Origin: a virus
Taxonomy: Duplodnaviria > Caudoviricetes
DNA length: 64,000 bases
Virus record (IMG/VR): IMGVR_UViG_3300033121_001941
Span: 1-64,000 of that record
Reading direction: 5' to 3' (one strand)
In this document: piece by piece, positions 26,144 to 35,109 of the stretch
Position numbering within the stretch: the stretch's first letter is position 1
Layout: each line of letters begins with the position of its first letter
Position numbers and translations under genes: made by a program
The notes under the pieces: generated by a model
What the model was told of the DNA's origin: nothing
The model's database searches: none
What the model saw: the letters and a program-made list of their open reading frames with translations, nothing else

Positions 26144-27487
26144 ATGAAATCTGTTATTGACATTCTTGAATCTCTAGAATCAACACAGGGAAGTCTTGCA
26201 AAGCGAGAAATTCTTGAAGTAAATCGAAACAATGAACTTCTTAAACGGGTTTTTGTTGCTGCGGGGGATCCATATACTGTTTACAATGTGAACAAATTTA
26301 AGTGCCCACCGCCTATTTCAAAAACAAGTAATGATAATGACGTTGTTTTACATTTTATTGGAAATGTTCTTCAATGTCTTTCGAGCCGTTCTGTAACAGG
26401 AAATGCTGCGAAACAACTTGTTGTTGATACGTTTTCAACAATGTCTGAACTTCAACAAAAATGGTGTCAACGCATTATTCTTAAGAATATGAGATGTGGC
26501 GTACAGGAATCAACTGTAAACAAAGTGTGGCCGGGAACTTTGAATAGTTTCGCTGTGGCCCTTGCTTCCACGGTAAAATCTGAATTTGTTGCAGGTGAAG
26601 GAATCAAAATTCTTGAACCTGTAAATTATCCTGTCCGCGTTGAACCAAAACTTGATGGACTTCGTTGTATCGCAGTCAAACACAAAGGTGAAGTAACGTT
26701 TTATACGAGAAATGGGACAGTTCTTGAAACTCTTCCTCGCATTAAAAAAGCCCTTGAAAATGCAAATTATGACAACATGGTTCTTGACGCGGAAGCCATG
26801 AGTTCTGATTGGAATGATAGCATTCATGTTATTATGTCAAAAAAGACAAAACACGATGACAGTGAAATTGTTCTAAATGTTTTTGACGCACTTTCGTACG
26901 AAGATTGGATTTCGCAGTCAAGTCATGAATCATATAATTCTAGGCTCGCTGCCGTATCAGTTATCGTAAGTTCTGTGAACAATCCGTGCGTTAAACAAGT
27001 TCCACACATTATGGCGAAAAACGAAAGTGAACTTAAGGAATTTTTTGCTGAATGCATGTCAAATCAGTTTGAAGGTGTAATGCTTAAAACCCTTAATACA
27101 CCCTATTTGTTCAAGCGCAGTGATAATATCAAAAAACTTAAACCTTGCGTTACATACGAAGGTGTAATTGTTGGTCATTATGATGGTCGCAGAGGGACAA
27201 AACGCGAAGGACTTTTTAATGGAATTGAAGTTGTTTTTCCGAACGGAATTGTAACTCGTGTTGGAAGTGGTTTTACTGATTCGATTCGAACTGATGTTCA
27301 ACTAAATGGCCCAGATTCATATATTGGGAAAATTGTCGAAATCGAAGCGCAACCTGATCCAATGACACTCGATGGTCTGTCAAAAGATGGGAAGGCCCGC
27401 TTTCCAGTTTTTTGTAGATTTCGTGATGAATCAGACGTTGATCCAAAGGTGATTGCTGCAGGCGTAAAATACTTTGAGGAATTGTAA
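26144..27487 (+). CDS. lig: ATP-dependent DNA ligase (T4 gp30-like)
   Basis: EPKLDGLRC (KxDG), VLDAE, FD, EGVMLK, K.K, RVGSGF, RFP.F.RFR.D. Confidence 0.95.
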   Translation: MKSVIDILESLESTQGSLAKREILEVNRNNELLKRVFVAAGDPYTVYNVNKFKCPPPISKTSNDNDVVLHFIGNVLQCLSSRSVTGNAAKQLVVDTFSTMSELQQKWCQRIILKNMRCGVQESTVNKVWPGTLNSFAVALASTVKSEFVAGEGIKILEPVNYPVRVEPKLDGLRCIAVKHKGEVTFYTRNGTVLETLPRIKKALENANYDNMVLDAEAMSSDWNDSIHVIMSKKTKHDDSEIVLNVFDALSYEDWISQSSHESYNSRLAAVSVIVSSVNNPCVKQVPHIMAKNESELKEFFAECMSNQFEGVMLKTLNTPYLFKRSDNIKKLKPCVTYEGVIVGHYDGRRGTKREGLFNGIEVVFPNGIVTRVGSGFTDSIRTDVQLNGPDSYIGKIVEIEAQPDPMTLDGLSKDGKARFPVFCRFRDESDVDPKVIAAGVKYFEEL

Positions 27488-27806
27488 GAAAATGAAAGAT
27501 ATTTTTAATAAACAAATTTGTGTTAATGATAATGTTATATTTTCAACGAGAGGGACATGTAATTATTCACATTTATCATTGGGCGTAGTTACAAAAGTAA
27601 CAGATCGTCACCTAATGATTTTAGTTTTAAAATCAAGTTCATTTGCATTTCGTAACGGTCTTAGAAAAATTGTTTATTTCAAAAATGAAAACGATGAATA
27701 TGATTCAAAAATAGTTGTTAAACGTAAACCAAACATGCCGTATAAGACACGTATATTACGTAGTGATAATATTGTAGTTGTTCCCATGAACATGGTGAAT
27801 GTATGA
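27474..27806 (+). CDS. small SH3-like phage protein
   Basis: MKDIFNKQICVND.V.F, similar in style to 7225 ORF. Confidence 0.65.
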   Translation: MRNCKKMKDIFNKQICVNDNVIFSTRGTCNYSHLSLGVVTKVTDRHLMILVLKSSSFAFRNGLRKIVYFKNENDEYDSKIVVKRKPNMPYKTRILRSDNIVVVPMNMVNV

Positions 27807-28111
27807 TTCTTTGGCGAGGAAAATCTAAAGCTTGTTCTTTTCCTGAACGAAGTCGTATACGTTATCGTATCATATTAGAAGTTACGTCAAGTTCTCTTTC
27901 TCTTAAAAAAGAAGTGCTTTCACAAGCAGGTCATTGGAAAGTTGAACCATGGACACTTTACCAACTGTGTTGGTATTTTGGGGCGCCTCAGTTTGGATTT
28001 AGGCACGCATGGTATGATGGCCCAAATTGCAGTTTTGCATTTGGGTTTTTAATTTTTAGTTGGCATCAATTTGATTGTAAAAAATGTGATAAAAATTTAA
28101 AGAAAACGTAA
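27803..28111 (+). CDS. hypothetical protein
   Basis: 102 aa ORF. Confidence 0.65.
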   Translation: MILWRGKSKACSFPERSRIRYRIILEVTSSSLSLKKEVLSQAGHWKVEPWTLYQLCWYFGAPQFGFRHAWYDGPNCSFAFGFLIFSWHQFDCKKCDKNLKKT

Positions 28112-28990
28112 ATGAAAAAAACGTTGTTATTCACCGGATTGTTTCTCGTTGAAGTATTGTCTTCTGCGCATTCATGGCGAAATGTTGGCTCCGCGTGGCA
28201 AATTTCCGATATTGAAAATCCGGTTGTTCAACATCAAAATTTAGTCAATGATCATTGTCCAACTGACATGATACATGTATCAGGACAAATGAAGCAAAAC
28301 GATCCTATAAAAGGAAGCGTCGAGACGTTACAATTAACAACGTGTTTAAATTTTCTTGATGGTTTTGATGAAAATGGCATTCCAAAATTTCCTGAAAGAT
28401 GTCAAATTTTTGATAAAGAAAAATGGAAAAAAATATCTTCAACACTAACAACGAAACATATTAACGTATGTATCGATAAATTTGAATTTCCCAATATTCC
28501 CGGTGTTTATCCAATAATCGCTATTAATTACTATGAATCACAAACATTGTGTGCTTCAAAACAGAAACGTCTTTGTTTCGAAGATGAATGGACATTTGCT
28601 TGTGAAGGCCCAGAAGCTTTACCATATCCATATGGGTATGTTCGCGATTCTACAACGTGTAATATTGATAAACAGTGGCGATTATTTGATGCAAATAAAC
28701 TTATGCAACGAAAAAATATAATTGCTCGTGATGAACTTGCAAGATTGTGGCAAGGTGAAGCATCGGGAATGAGACCTAATTGTCATAGCGTATTTGGCGT
28801 ATATGATCAAACAGGTAACGTAGATGAATGGGTTACGACTATAAATCTCAGGCCGTTTCAATCTGTGTTAACCGGAGGATATTGGGGCCCTGTTCGTGCA
28901 CGTTGTCGTCCAAAAACGACCGTTCATAATGAAAGTCACTATTTTTATCAACAAGGATTTCGTTGTTGTGTAACGCCAATTCAAAATTGA
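28112..28990 (+). CDS. secreted formylglycine-generating enzyme (FGE-sulfatase/SUMF1) domain protein
   Basis: Signal peptide; CP.DM..V, CIDKFEFPN, KRLC.EDEW..ACEG, GVYD.TGNVDEW, GFRCC. Confidence 0.85.
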   Translation: MKKTLLFTGLFLVEVLSSAHSWRNVGSAWQISDIENPVVQHQNLVNDHCPTDMIHVSGQMKQNDPIKGSVETLQLTTCLNFLDGFDENGIPKFPERCQIFDKEKWKKISSTLTTKHINVCIDKFEFPNIPGVYPIIAINYYESQTLCASKQKRLCFEDEWTFACEGPEALPYPYGYVRDSTTCNIDKQWRLFDANKLMQRKNIIARDELARLWQGEASGMRPNCHSVFGVYDQTGNVDEWVTTINLRPFQSVLTGGYWGPVRARCRPKTTVHNESHYFYQQGFRCCVTPIQN

Positions 28991-29002
28991 TATTTTAAAA
29001 AA

Positions 29003-29170
29003 GTGATTAAAGTTAAAACACTTAAACGCAGTAATCACAATAATGTGAAACGTCTAGCTACGTGGTTGAAATTAAAACATATTGATTCAATGAGTCATGG
29101 TCAATTATGTCGTCTAATTTGTTGGTTACTTACGCGACGAGAAAAACGTCAACGAAATCTCATACCGTGA
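29003..29170 (+). CDS. small basic protein (not in ORF track)
   Basis: GTG start, 55 aa VIKVKTLKRS...RRE KRQRNLIP. Confidence 0.5.
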   Translation: MIKVKTLKRSNHNNVKRLATWLKLKHIDSMSHGQLCRLICWLLTRREKRQRNLIP

Positions 29171-29234
29171 GAATATTTATTTTTCGGATAGAGGTTACCA
29201 ATATTATGCAGTCCAAAATTAATCGTGGGTTAAC

Positions 29235-29486
29235 GTGGGTGCCTCAAAAACCATTCTAGAAACACCGATGACCAGTAAAATTCATTACTTTAACATGTGT
29301 CCCAGTCGTTGTTTTTGGAAATCAACAACGCCTATGAGTTCTATCGATATAACCATAGATGTTAAATACGTTACGTGTCAGACATGCAAAAAAATGATTC
29401 TTGAACATGTGTTAAATGTTGATTGGGAAAAATTGAATATCGACGAATTGAATATTATTTCTTCGTGGGCAAATTCAAAAAAGTGA
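29235..29486 (+). CDS. hypothetical protein (possible Zn finger)
   Basis: H...C....VTC..C pattern. Confidence 0.5.
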   Translation: MGASKTILETPMTSKIHYFNMCPSRCFWKSTTPMSSIDITIDVKYVTCQTCKKMILEHVLNVDWEKLNIDELNIISSWANSKK

Positions 29487-29524
29487 ATTGTACTAACTAC
29501 AAAATATAGAATGATTACATAGTA

Positions 29525-30859
29525 ATGAAAAAGTTTGATATTGATCGTCACATGATTCCGTTTTTAACGTCGAATATATTTCTTGCCGAAATTTCTAGAC
29601 GTATTATGAAAGTTGAATCTAAAACAATTTCGACAGCAGCAATTGGATTTGATCAAAAGAATGATCAAATTACAATGTATTACAATGCCGAATTCCTAGA
29701 ATCACTTGATGATTGTGAAATTCACGGTCTTATCAAGCACGAATATTATCATTTTTTCCTTGGTCACCTCGTTGACCGTAGAAAAGAACCACATTTTTTG
29801 TTTAATGTTGCTGGTGATCTTGCAATCAATTCATTGATTATTGAACACGGAGTCCAAATAGGAAAAACAACATCAGAGTATGATGTTCGACTTTTGCCAA
29901 AGAGCGCTCTAATTCCTGGACAATGGCCTATTACTCGCGAAGGAAAACGATTGACATCAAAAGATGTCAAGAGTGATAGTATGGAGGCGCTGATCGCATC
30001 ATTTCCAAAACTTAAATCAACTGAATGGTATTTCAGTAAACTAGTTGAAAATAAAAAAGACGACTGGGGCGGCTGCGGCGACGCGGGCGACGCGGGCGAC
30101 GCGGGCGACGTTTCGGGTAGTGGAGAAGGTGCAGGAGAAGGTGCAGGAGAAATTGGTACACTTGATGATCATTCTCTCTGGGATCAAGTCCCAGAAGATA
30201 AACGAGAATACGTAAAGGCAAAAATCACAGATATAATTAAGAATGCTGTGAACCAGGCTGATTCCAAAAATTCTTGGGGTAATATTCCTCAAGAACTTCG
30301 TGAAGAAATTCGTAAATCAATTTCGGGAACGATTGATTGGAAAAATGTTTTGCGCCAATTTGTTGGTAGTCTTGTTCGAGGTGCAAGAACGTCTTCGATT
30401 AAGAAAATCAACAGACGTTATCCGTACATTCACCCAGGAATTAAGCGTTCATATGTCGCAAAGTTGATTATTTTTCGTGATGAATCGGGAAGCGTCAGTA
30501 ATGAGATGCTATCTGATTTTTTTGCAGAACTTGCGTCACTGACGAAAAATGTTGAAATTGATTTCTGCCCATTTGATTGTTACTGCGATGAAAAAGATAT
30601 TGTTCCGTGGCGAAAAGGTACAATTCCTGAAAAGGCAACAAAGCGTACACGTGGAGGTGGAACTGATTTTAACGCTCCCACTGCGATCATTAACGATGTA
30701 AAAAATCGTAAACGTTGGGACGGGGCATTGATTATGACTGATGGTTATGCGCCTAAACCGGAACCATCTTACAAGAAGAGAGCTTGGGTCCTTGCAAAAG
30801 GATGCAAGCTTGAATTTGAAAGTCCTGAACTTCAAATCAAAATTGAAAATAATACATAA
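29525..30859 (+). CDS. DUF2201-type metallopeptidase plus vWA-like domain protein
   Basis: HEYYH, N.A.DLAIN, MIDAS-like D.SGS, GGGTDF, TDG. Confidence 0.85.
   Translation: MKKFDIDRHMIPFLTSNIFLAEISRRIMKVESKTISTAAIGFDQKNDQITMYYNAEFLESLDDCEIHGLIKHEYYHFFLGHLVDRRKEPHFLFNVAGDLAINSLIIEHGVQIGKTTSEYDVRLLPKSALIPGQWPITREGKRLTSKDVKSDSMEALIASFPKLKSTEWYFSKLVENKKDDWGGCGDAGDAGDAGDVSGSGEGAGEGAGEIGTLDDHSLWDQVPEDKREYVKAKITDIIKNAVNQADSKNSWGNIPQELREEIRKSISGTIDWKNVLRQFVGSLVRGARTSSIKKINRRYPYIHPGIKRSYVAKLIIFRDESGSVSNEMLSDFFAELASLTKNVEIDFCPFDCYCDEKDIVPWRKGTIPEKATKRTRGGGTDFNAPTAIINDVKNRKRWDGALIMTDGYAPKPEPSYKKRAWVLAKGCKLEFESPELQIKIENNT
30077..30151 (+). repeat. GC-rich tandem repeats in vWA linker
   Basis: (ggcgacgcg)x3.8 and (ggagaaggtgca)x2.5 encoding GDA and GEGA repeats. 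Confidence 0.9.
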
Positions 30860-30860
30860 T

Positions 30861-31076
30861 ATGAATTTTTTTCTCAATAAGAACATTCATCGTTTTGCTA
30901 AAATTTTCTGGATGTGTTTGACGATTTTTTCTGTGGTCGGCGTTATTTCATCTAAGGATGTTCAAAATTCATATGCGTTTATCATGTACGTATACTTGAT
31001 ATTAATGTGGACTGGGAATCGTATTATTACAGAAGGTATTGAAGCAATATTCTCCAAAAAAGAAAAACAAGAATAA
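30861..31076 (+). CDS. two-TM membrane protein
   Basis: ATG 30861; two hydrophobic helices. Confidence 0.6.
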   Translation: MNFFLNKNIHRFAKIFWMCLTIFSVVGVISSKDVQNSYAFIMYVYLILMWTGNRIITEGIEAIFSKKEKQE

Positions 31077-31124
31077 TTTGGGTTATAACATTCATGAGGT
31101 ATCATTTAAATAGAGTGTTACCTC

Positions 31125-31355
31125 ATGAACGTTAAATATAAACCCGGCGATATTCTCGTTTTGCGAAAATTTGCTTTCGATGCAAAACTTTGGTCAGATG
31201 CAAAATTAAATTCAATTGAATTTCATGGTTTGTTGCGCGAAAATCAATGTGCCATGGTGATATCATCATATAGCAATGACAATTTAATTGTATATGTTAT
31301 TGCACCAGAAGGTGTTGGCTGGATATATGGCGCCAACGTTGAATTATTAGAATGA
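31125..31355 (+). CDS. small SH3-like phage protein
   Basis: YKPGD.LV...GWI pattern. Confidence 0.65.
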   Translation: MNVKYKPGDILVLRKFAFDAKLWSDAKLNSIEFHGLLRENQCAMVISSYSNDNLIVYVIAPEGVGWIYGANVELLE

Positions 31356-31594
31356 ACAATTGTTATCCTGGGGATCTAATAAAAATTGATTCAAGAAATT
31401 TTTTATTGTATCGTCGTTTGTCTATGTCTGGAATTCCTTATGACGCATATGATGCTTTTTTGAATGATAATAATTCATCATTATCAATGATAATATCTTC
31501 AATTGAATTGAAATCTGCATGGAAAAAAGTTTACTATGTCATAACAATATATGGACTGTTTTACTTGTTTGAAGCTAGAACTAGCAACATGTAA
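31352..31594 (+). CDS. small SH3-like phage protein
   Basis: YPGDLIK pattern, paralog-like to upstream ORF. Confidence 0.6.
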   Translation: MNNCYPGDLIKIDSRNFLLYRRLSMSGIPYDAYDAFLNDNNSSLSMIISSIELKSAWKKVYYVITIYGLFYLFEARTSNM

Positions 31595-31637
31595 ATTTAC
31601 ATATCTTGAAATGTCATATATTTAAGAATAGTCATAT

Positions 31638-32396
31638 ATGATAGTTCCTTTTTCAACACCTGATGAGCAGAAATCCGCATCACAATTAATAGATGAATTT
31701 AAAGGTTTAACGAATGTTAAACGTGAAGAATTTGTAATTTCAAAAATCATTGATGGACACGTACCTTCAAAAATGAGAAATTACGTTGAAATTCAAACAA
31801 CCTTTTTTGATTCAACAAAACTAGAAAGACAATTATTGTTTTATGTGACATCTGATTATTTGTCTATCGGAACTGACGAAGATAATTTACGTTTTCCGTT
31901 GACACCAATTGGCGCTCAAATAATTGCAGACGAAATAGATTGTATATTCCCAACAACGAAAATCGTTAATTTGATTTGGGAAAATGGGAATAAAATTCCT
32001 CCACAACCGTGGGGCCCACCATATGATTCAACAATGTCTTCAACGGAACGTATTGTAAAACATGATGAAAACGTAAATAAGAAAATATTAGAACTTGGAT
32101 ATGATCAATTCTCACTTCTCGTTGGTCATAAAAAAGATGTTGTGATTACTAGAAAATTGGAAAAAACCCCAAAGCAGGTTGCAATTTATGGTTGGCATCA
32201 ATTAAATTCAATTCCTATTCAATCTCTTTATCTTGGGCATGATAGTCATTATCTTGATTATTCACACGGTCATCGTTTTTGTTCACGTATATGTTTCTTA
32301 GACGGTGTTCAAGATAATTTAGAAAGAATTCTTAAAGATCCAAATTTAGCGATCGGTATATCATCAGAAGGTCCTTTAATTTCTGTTCGTTATTAG
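31638..32396 (+). CDS. conserved protein of unknown function (bacterial-type)
   Basis: DYLSIG.D.D..R.PLTP..AQ.IAD, GHKKDVV, VAIYGWH..N..PIQ.L...H...Y.DYSHG.R. Confidence 0.75.
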   Translation: MIVPFSTPDEQKSASQLIDEFKGLTNVKREEFVISKIIDGHVPSKMRNYVEIQTTFFDSTKLERQLLFYVTSDYLSIGTDEDNLRFPLTPIGAQIIADEIDCIFPTTKIVNLIWENGNKIPPQPWGPPYDSTMSSTERIVKHDENVNKKILELGYDQFSLLVGHKKDVVITRKLEKTPKQVAIYGWHQLNSIPIQSLYLGHDSHYLDYSHGHRFCSRICFLDGVQDNLERILKDPNLAIGISSEGPLISVRY

Positions 32397-33138
32397 AATT
32401 TTTTAGTGTGAAATTTTCCCAATATTTAGATGTTAATCTCTGTTTAAATCGTTTTAAAATTCGAGGAGATTTATTTAAATTCCCGCGTAATATCTCAATA
32501 TCGTTATTGAGCAATTTTAATTTATGTGCATCACTCATATTTTCTTTTTGTTTTATTGAAACAAATTTTCCTTTTTGATAATTTGAAATTAAATTCTTTG
32601 TTTTTTCAGTTATCGGATATTGAACTTTTCGTTTTTTCCAAGCTTTACGCATTTTTTCTTTTGTTTCATCTGAAACAGGTGAACGCTTTTGATGAGCAAT
32701 TGATATGTTTTTACGCCATTCAATAGAGCGATTTTGTTGTGATTTTTTTAAATTTTCTGACCATTTTTCTGATCTGTTGTTTTGAATAGTACTAAATTTT
32801 TTCTTAGTTTCAAGTGAATGTTTTTTCCCACAAAATGTCGGCCCGCCTTCGCCTCCGGGTGTCATATTATATCCCTTAGTTGAATCAACATATGATTCAT
32901 AATAATGTATCCAGTATTTTTCTTTTAAAAGTGCATCTTTCAAAGAAACAATCTTAGATTCGATAATCTCAAACTTGAAATTATCAATGCCATATTTTGA
33001 AAGTGCATAATGAAATTTTTGTTTAATTTTATGTGTTGAAATTTTTTGATGGCGCACCCAACGTTTTTCAGGATTTTTTGAATATCCAATATAGATTTTG
33101 TTATTAATGATATTTGTAATTTTATAGATTGAATACAT
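32332..33138 (-). mobile_element. GIY-YIG homing endonuclease with NUMOD3 repeats
   Basis: SIYKITN.IN.K.YIG, YN.TPGGEG, KHS.ETK.K. Confidence 0.9.
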
Positions 33139-33265
33139 AATTTATTGTAGCAAATTGTATACGCATATACACGTATAATTTAATATTTTCTTCATTCAGA
33201 CAGCCTTGAATTATTTTGAAAATAGTTTGTACAAATAGCAACTAACTTGATATCTTATTAAACAT

Positions 33266-33340
33266 GGCCCAATCTAACTAATTGGTTCAGGTGGGCGTCC
33301 TCTCAAGACGCAGGTGTGGGTTCAATTCCCATTTGGGTCA
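33266..33340 (+). tRNA. trnE: tRNA-Glu(CTC)
   Basis: gcgtc-ctCTCaa-gacgc. Confidence 0.9.
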
Positions 33341-33520
33341 CAAATTCAGAATTAACGATAATGAAAACTTTAATGACAAACAAACTGAACGAAAGAACAT
33401 CTAACATGTTTTCGCTCTTTAGTCATTCAGTTTTAGGGCGTTTGCCTGAAACAAATCCACGTCCCTTAAAGGGTTGAAAAGTGGTTCCGGTAAGAGACAC
33501 CCGGTAAAAAGATAAGTTAG

Positions 33521-33593
33521 CGGGGTATAGCGTAACCTGGTAGCGCGTTTGCTTTGGGAGCAAATAGTTTCAGTTCAAATCTGAATACCCCGA
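33521..33593 (+). tRNA. trnP: tRNA-Pro(TGG)
   Basis: tttgc-ttTGGga-gcaaa; C1-G72, A73. Confidence 0.9.
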
Positions 33594-33635
33594 CGAAGAA
33601 GAAATTCTTTGTTCATTGACAATCTATATTCCTAA

Positions 33636-33708
33636 CGACGTGTCGCCTAGTGGCTAAGGCATCTTCCTTACAAGGAGAATATCATGGGTTCGAGTCCCAT
33701 CTCGTCGA
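33636..33708 (+). tRNA. trnV: tRNA-Val(TAC)
   Basis: tcttc-ctTACaa-ggaga. Confidence 0.9.
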
Positions 33709-33710
33709 CG

Positions 33711-33843
33711 ATGTAATGAGACCTGGGTGGGCTTTGTGTACTACCCGATCTGTACGTTCGATTCGTACGTGTTTTTACTTACGTTTAAATATTAATGGTT
33801 AGATCACCAACGCACAAGAGTTGTTCGATTCAACAATTACATT
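33711..33843 (+). ncRNA. tRNA-like element with two T-arms
   Basis: gtacg-TTCGATT-cgtac and gttg-TTCGATT-caac enclosed by atgtaat/attacat. Confidence 0.5.
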
Positions 33844-33845
33844 AA

Positions 33846-33918
33846 CAGAGTGTAAGTTAAAGAAAAAACGGCTTATCATATGGGATAAGAGATGTTGGTG
33901 CAAATCCAATCACTTTGA
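33846..33918 (+). tRNA. atypical tRNA (Pro-like acceptor; 6- or 8-nt anticodon loop)
   Basis: cagagtg/cactttg A73; cttatc-atatgg-gataag; T-loop TGCAAAT; no GG in D-loop. Confidence 0.55.
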
Positions 33919-33923
33919 CAAAT

Positions 33924-34023
33924 CTGAGACCGAAACACGTCGATCCAATTGGACGAAGGTCAGCGAGGAATAATTTCCTGTCAGCGTTGTGTCATTGATA
34001 GCGATCTTGTGATTTTTATCAAT
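33924..34023 (+). ncRNA. candidate structured RNA
   Basis: gacc/ggtc, cgtc/gacg, aggaa/ttcct, possible acac/gtgt pseudoknot, attgata/tatcaat. Confidence 0.4.
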
Positions 34024-34025
34024 AT

Positions 34026-34099
34026 CAGTTACATGGGGAGGTAGCGCCCTACTTGGTCTGGACCCAAGAATAGGCTCAGTGCAATTCTGAGGTAACTGA
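34026..34099 (+). tRNA. trnP: atypical tRNA-Pro(TGG), C33/A37
   Basis: cagttac/gtaactg A73; cttgg-tcTGGac-ccaag; T-loop TGCAATT. Confidence 0.7.
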
Positions 34100-34100
34100 C

Positions 34101-34174
34101 GGTGTTTGTAGTGTACCGGCTGTGCATAGTAGACTGTGAATCTAAAGGTGAGGGTTCGACCCCCTCCATTCACC
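34101..34174 (+). tRNA. trnH: tRNA-His(GTG)
   Basis: taga-ctGTGaa-tcta; encoded G-1:C73. Confidence 0.9.
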
Positions 34175-34243
34175 CGAAATTAAATGTAGTTTTCATGAAA
34201 ATTATTTGTGCAAAATTCAATTCATTAAACTTATAAATAAACC

Positions 34244-34645
34244 ATGTCATTTTTAAAAGAATCATATGATGAAGTGCACAACAAAGTGAAAACACTTATC
34301 AATGATGTTGACTGTCTTCCTGATTGGGAAACAATGATTGAATATGAGTTCATTCGGAACGAAGGAAAATTTAATATGTTTTCACTTTGTTCACACGAAA
34401 TTCAACGTTATGCCTTTGACCATGGTCTTTATCATCTTGTAACATGGATTGATTTAATCAAAAGAACAAAATGCAATTATCTTTTGAATTTAGAAAAAGC
34501 ATATCAATATTATGAATCAGTTCACGGGAAAAGAGAAAAATGGATTACTGATGATCTTAAACATAAGGTTAAAATCACCATCAAAGAAAATAAAATTCGT
34601 CAATTAAAAGAAGAACTACAACGCTTAGAACAAGACGATGATTAA
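34244..34645 (+). CDS. hypothetical protein
   Basis: 133 aa ORF. Confidence 0.75.
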   Translation: MSFLKESYDEVHNKVKTLINDVDCLPDWETMIEYEFIRNEGKFNMFSLCSHEIQRYAFDHGLYHLVTWIDLIKRTKCNYLLNLEKAYQYYESVHGKREKWITDDLKHKVKITIKENKIRQLKEELQRLEQDDD

Positions 34646-34650
34646 AATAT

Positions 34651-34680
34651 TTGACAAATCATTATCAAACGTAATATATA
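34651..34680 (+). promoter_or_regulatory. sigma70-type promoter candidate
   Basis: TTGACA at 34651 with AT-rich -10-like TATATA 18 nt later. Confidence 0.4.
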
Positions 34681-34697
34681 TCTAGGGATTAGGTTAT

Positions 34698-34958
34698 ATG
34701 TTTTTCACAGTGTCAATTAAAAATCATGGATATGGAGCTGATTACTTAGCTGTTTTTAATTCAAAAGACGAAGCATTAAATGCTGCGCTAAATTTGTTAG
34801 ATAAACACGCTGCCCAGGGTGACATGTATATAGATGACGGAGAGGTAGTACCTGATGAAGAAGAAAAAATCTTCGTTGGTGGACCATATAAAGAAGGTAC
34901 AAATCTCATAACACAAACCAATCAAAAATCTCTTAAATCTATTTTAAGTCAAAAATAA
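34698..34958 (+). CDS. hypothetical protein
   Basis: 86 aa ORF. Confidence 0.7.
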   Translation: MFFTVSIKNHGYGADYLAVFNSKDEALNAALNLLDKHAAQGDMYIDDGEVVPDEEEKIFVGGPYKEGTNLITQTNQKSLKSILSQK

Positions 34959-34964
34959 TATATT

Positions 34965-35040
34965 GCTCTTCTAGCTGATATGGTTTTAGCGCAAGTTTGA
35001 AAAACTTGAGATGTCGGTTCGATTCCGACGGGGAGCACCA
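34965..35040 (+). tRNA. trnF: tRNA-Phe(GAA)
   Basis: caagt-ttGAAaa-acttg; encoded CCA. Confidence 0.92.
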
Positions 35041-35109
35041 ACATATTTATGTAAATAACGCTTGATATCGTCTTTGATTCGTATAATTACGATAGAATTT
35101 GAGGATGAT

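Noticed and set aside
28112-28990. Diversity-generating retroelement target (FGE/C-type lectin fold)
   Set aside because: No template repeat or reverse transcriptase in the window.
33924-33941. Hammerhead ribozyme core (ctga-ga-cc-gaaac)
   Set aside because: Lacks N7 of CUGANGA, has no stem II, and stem III cannot close.
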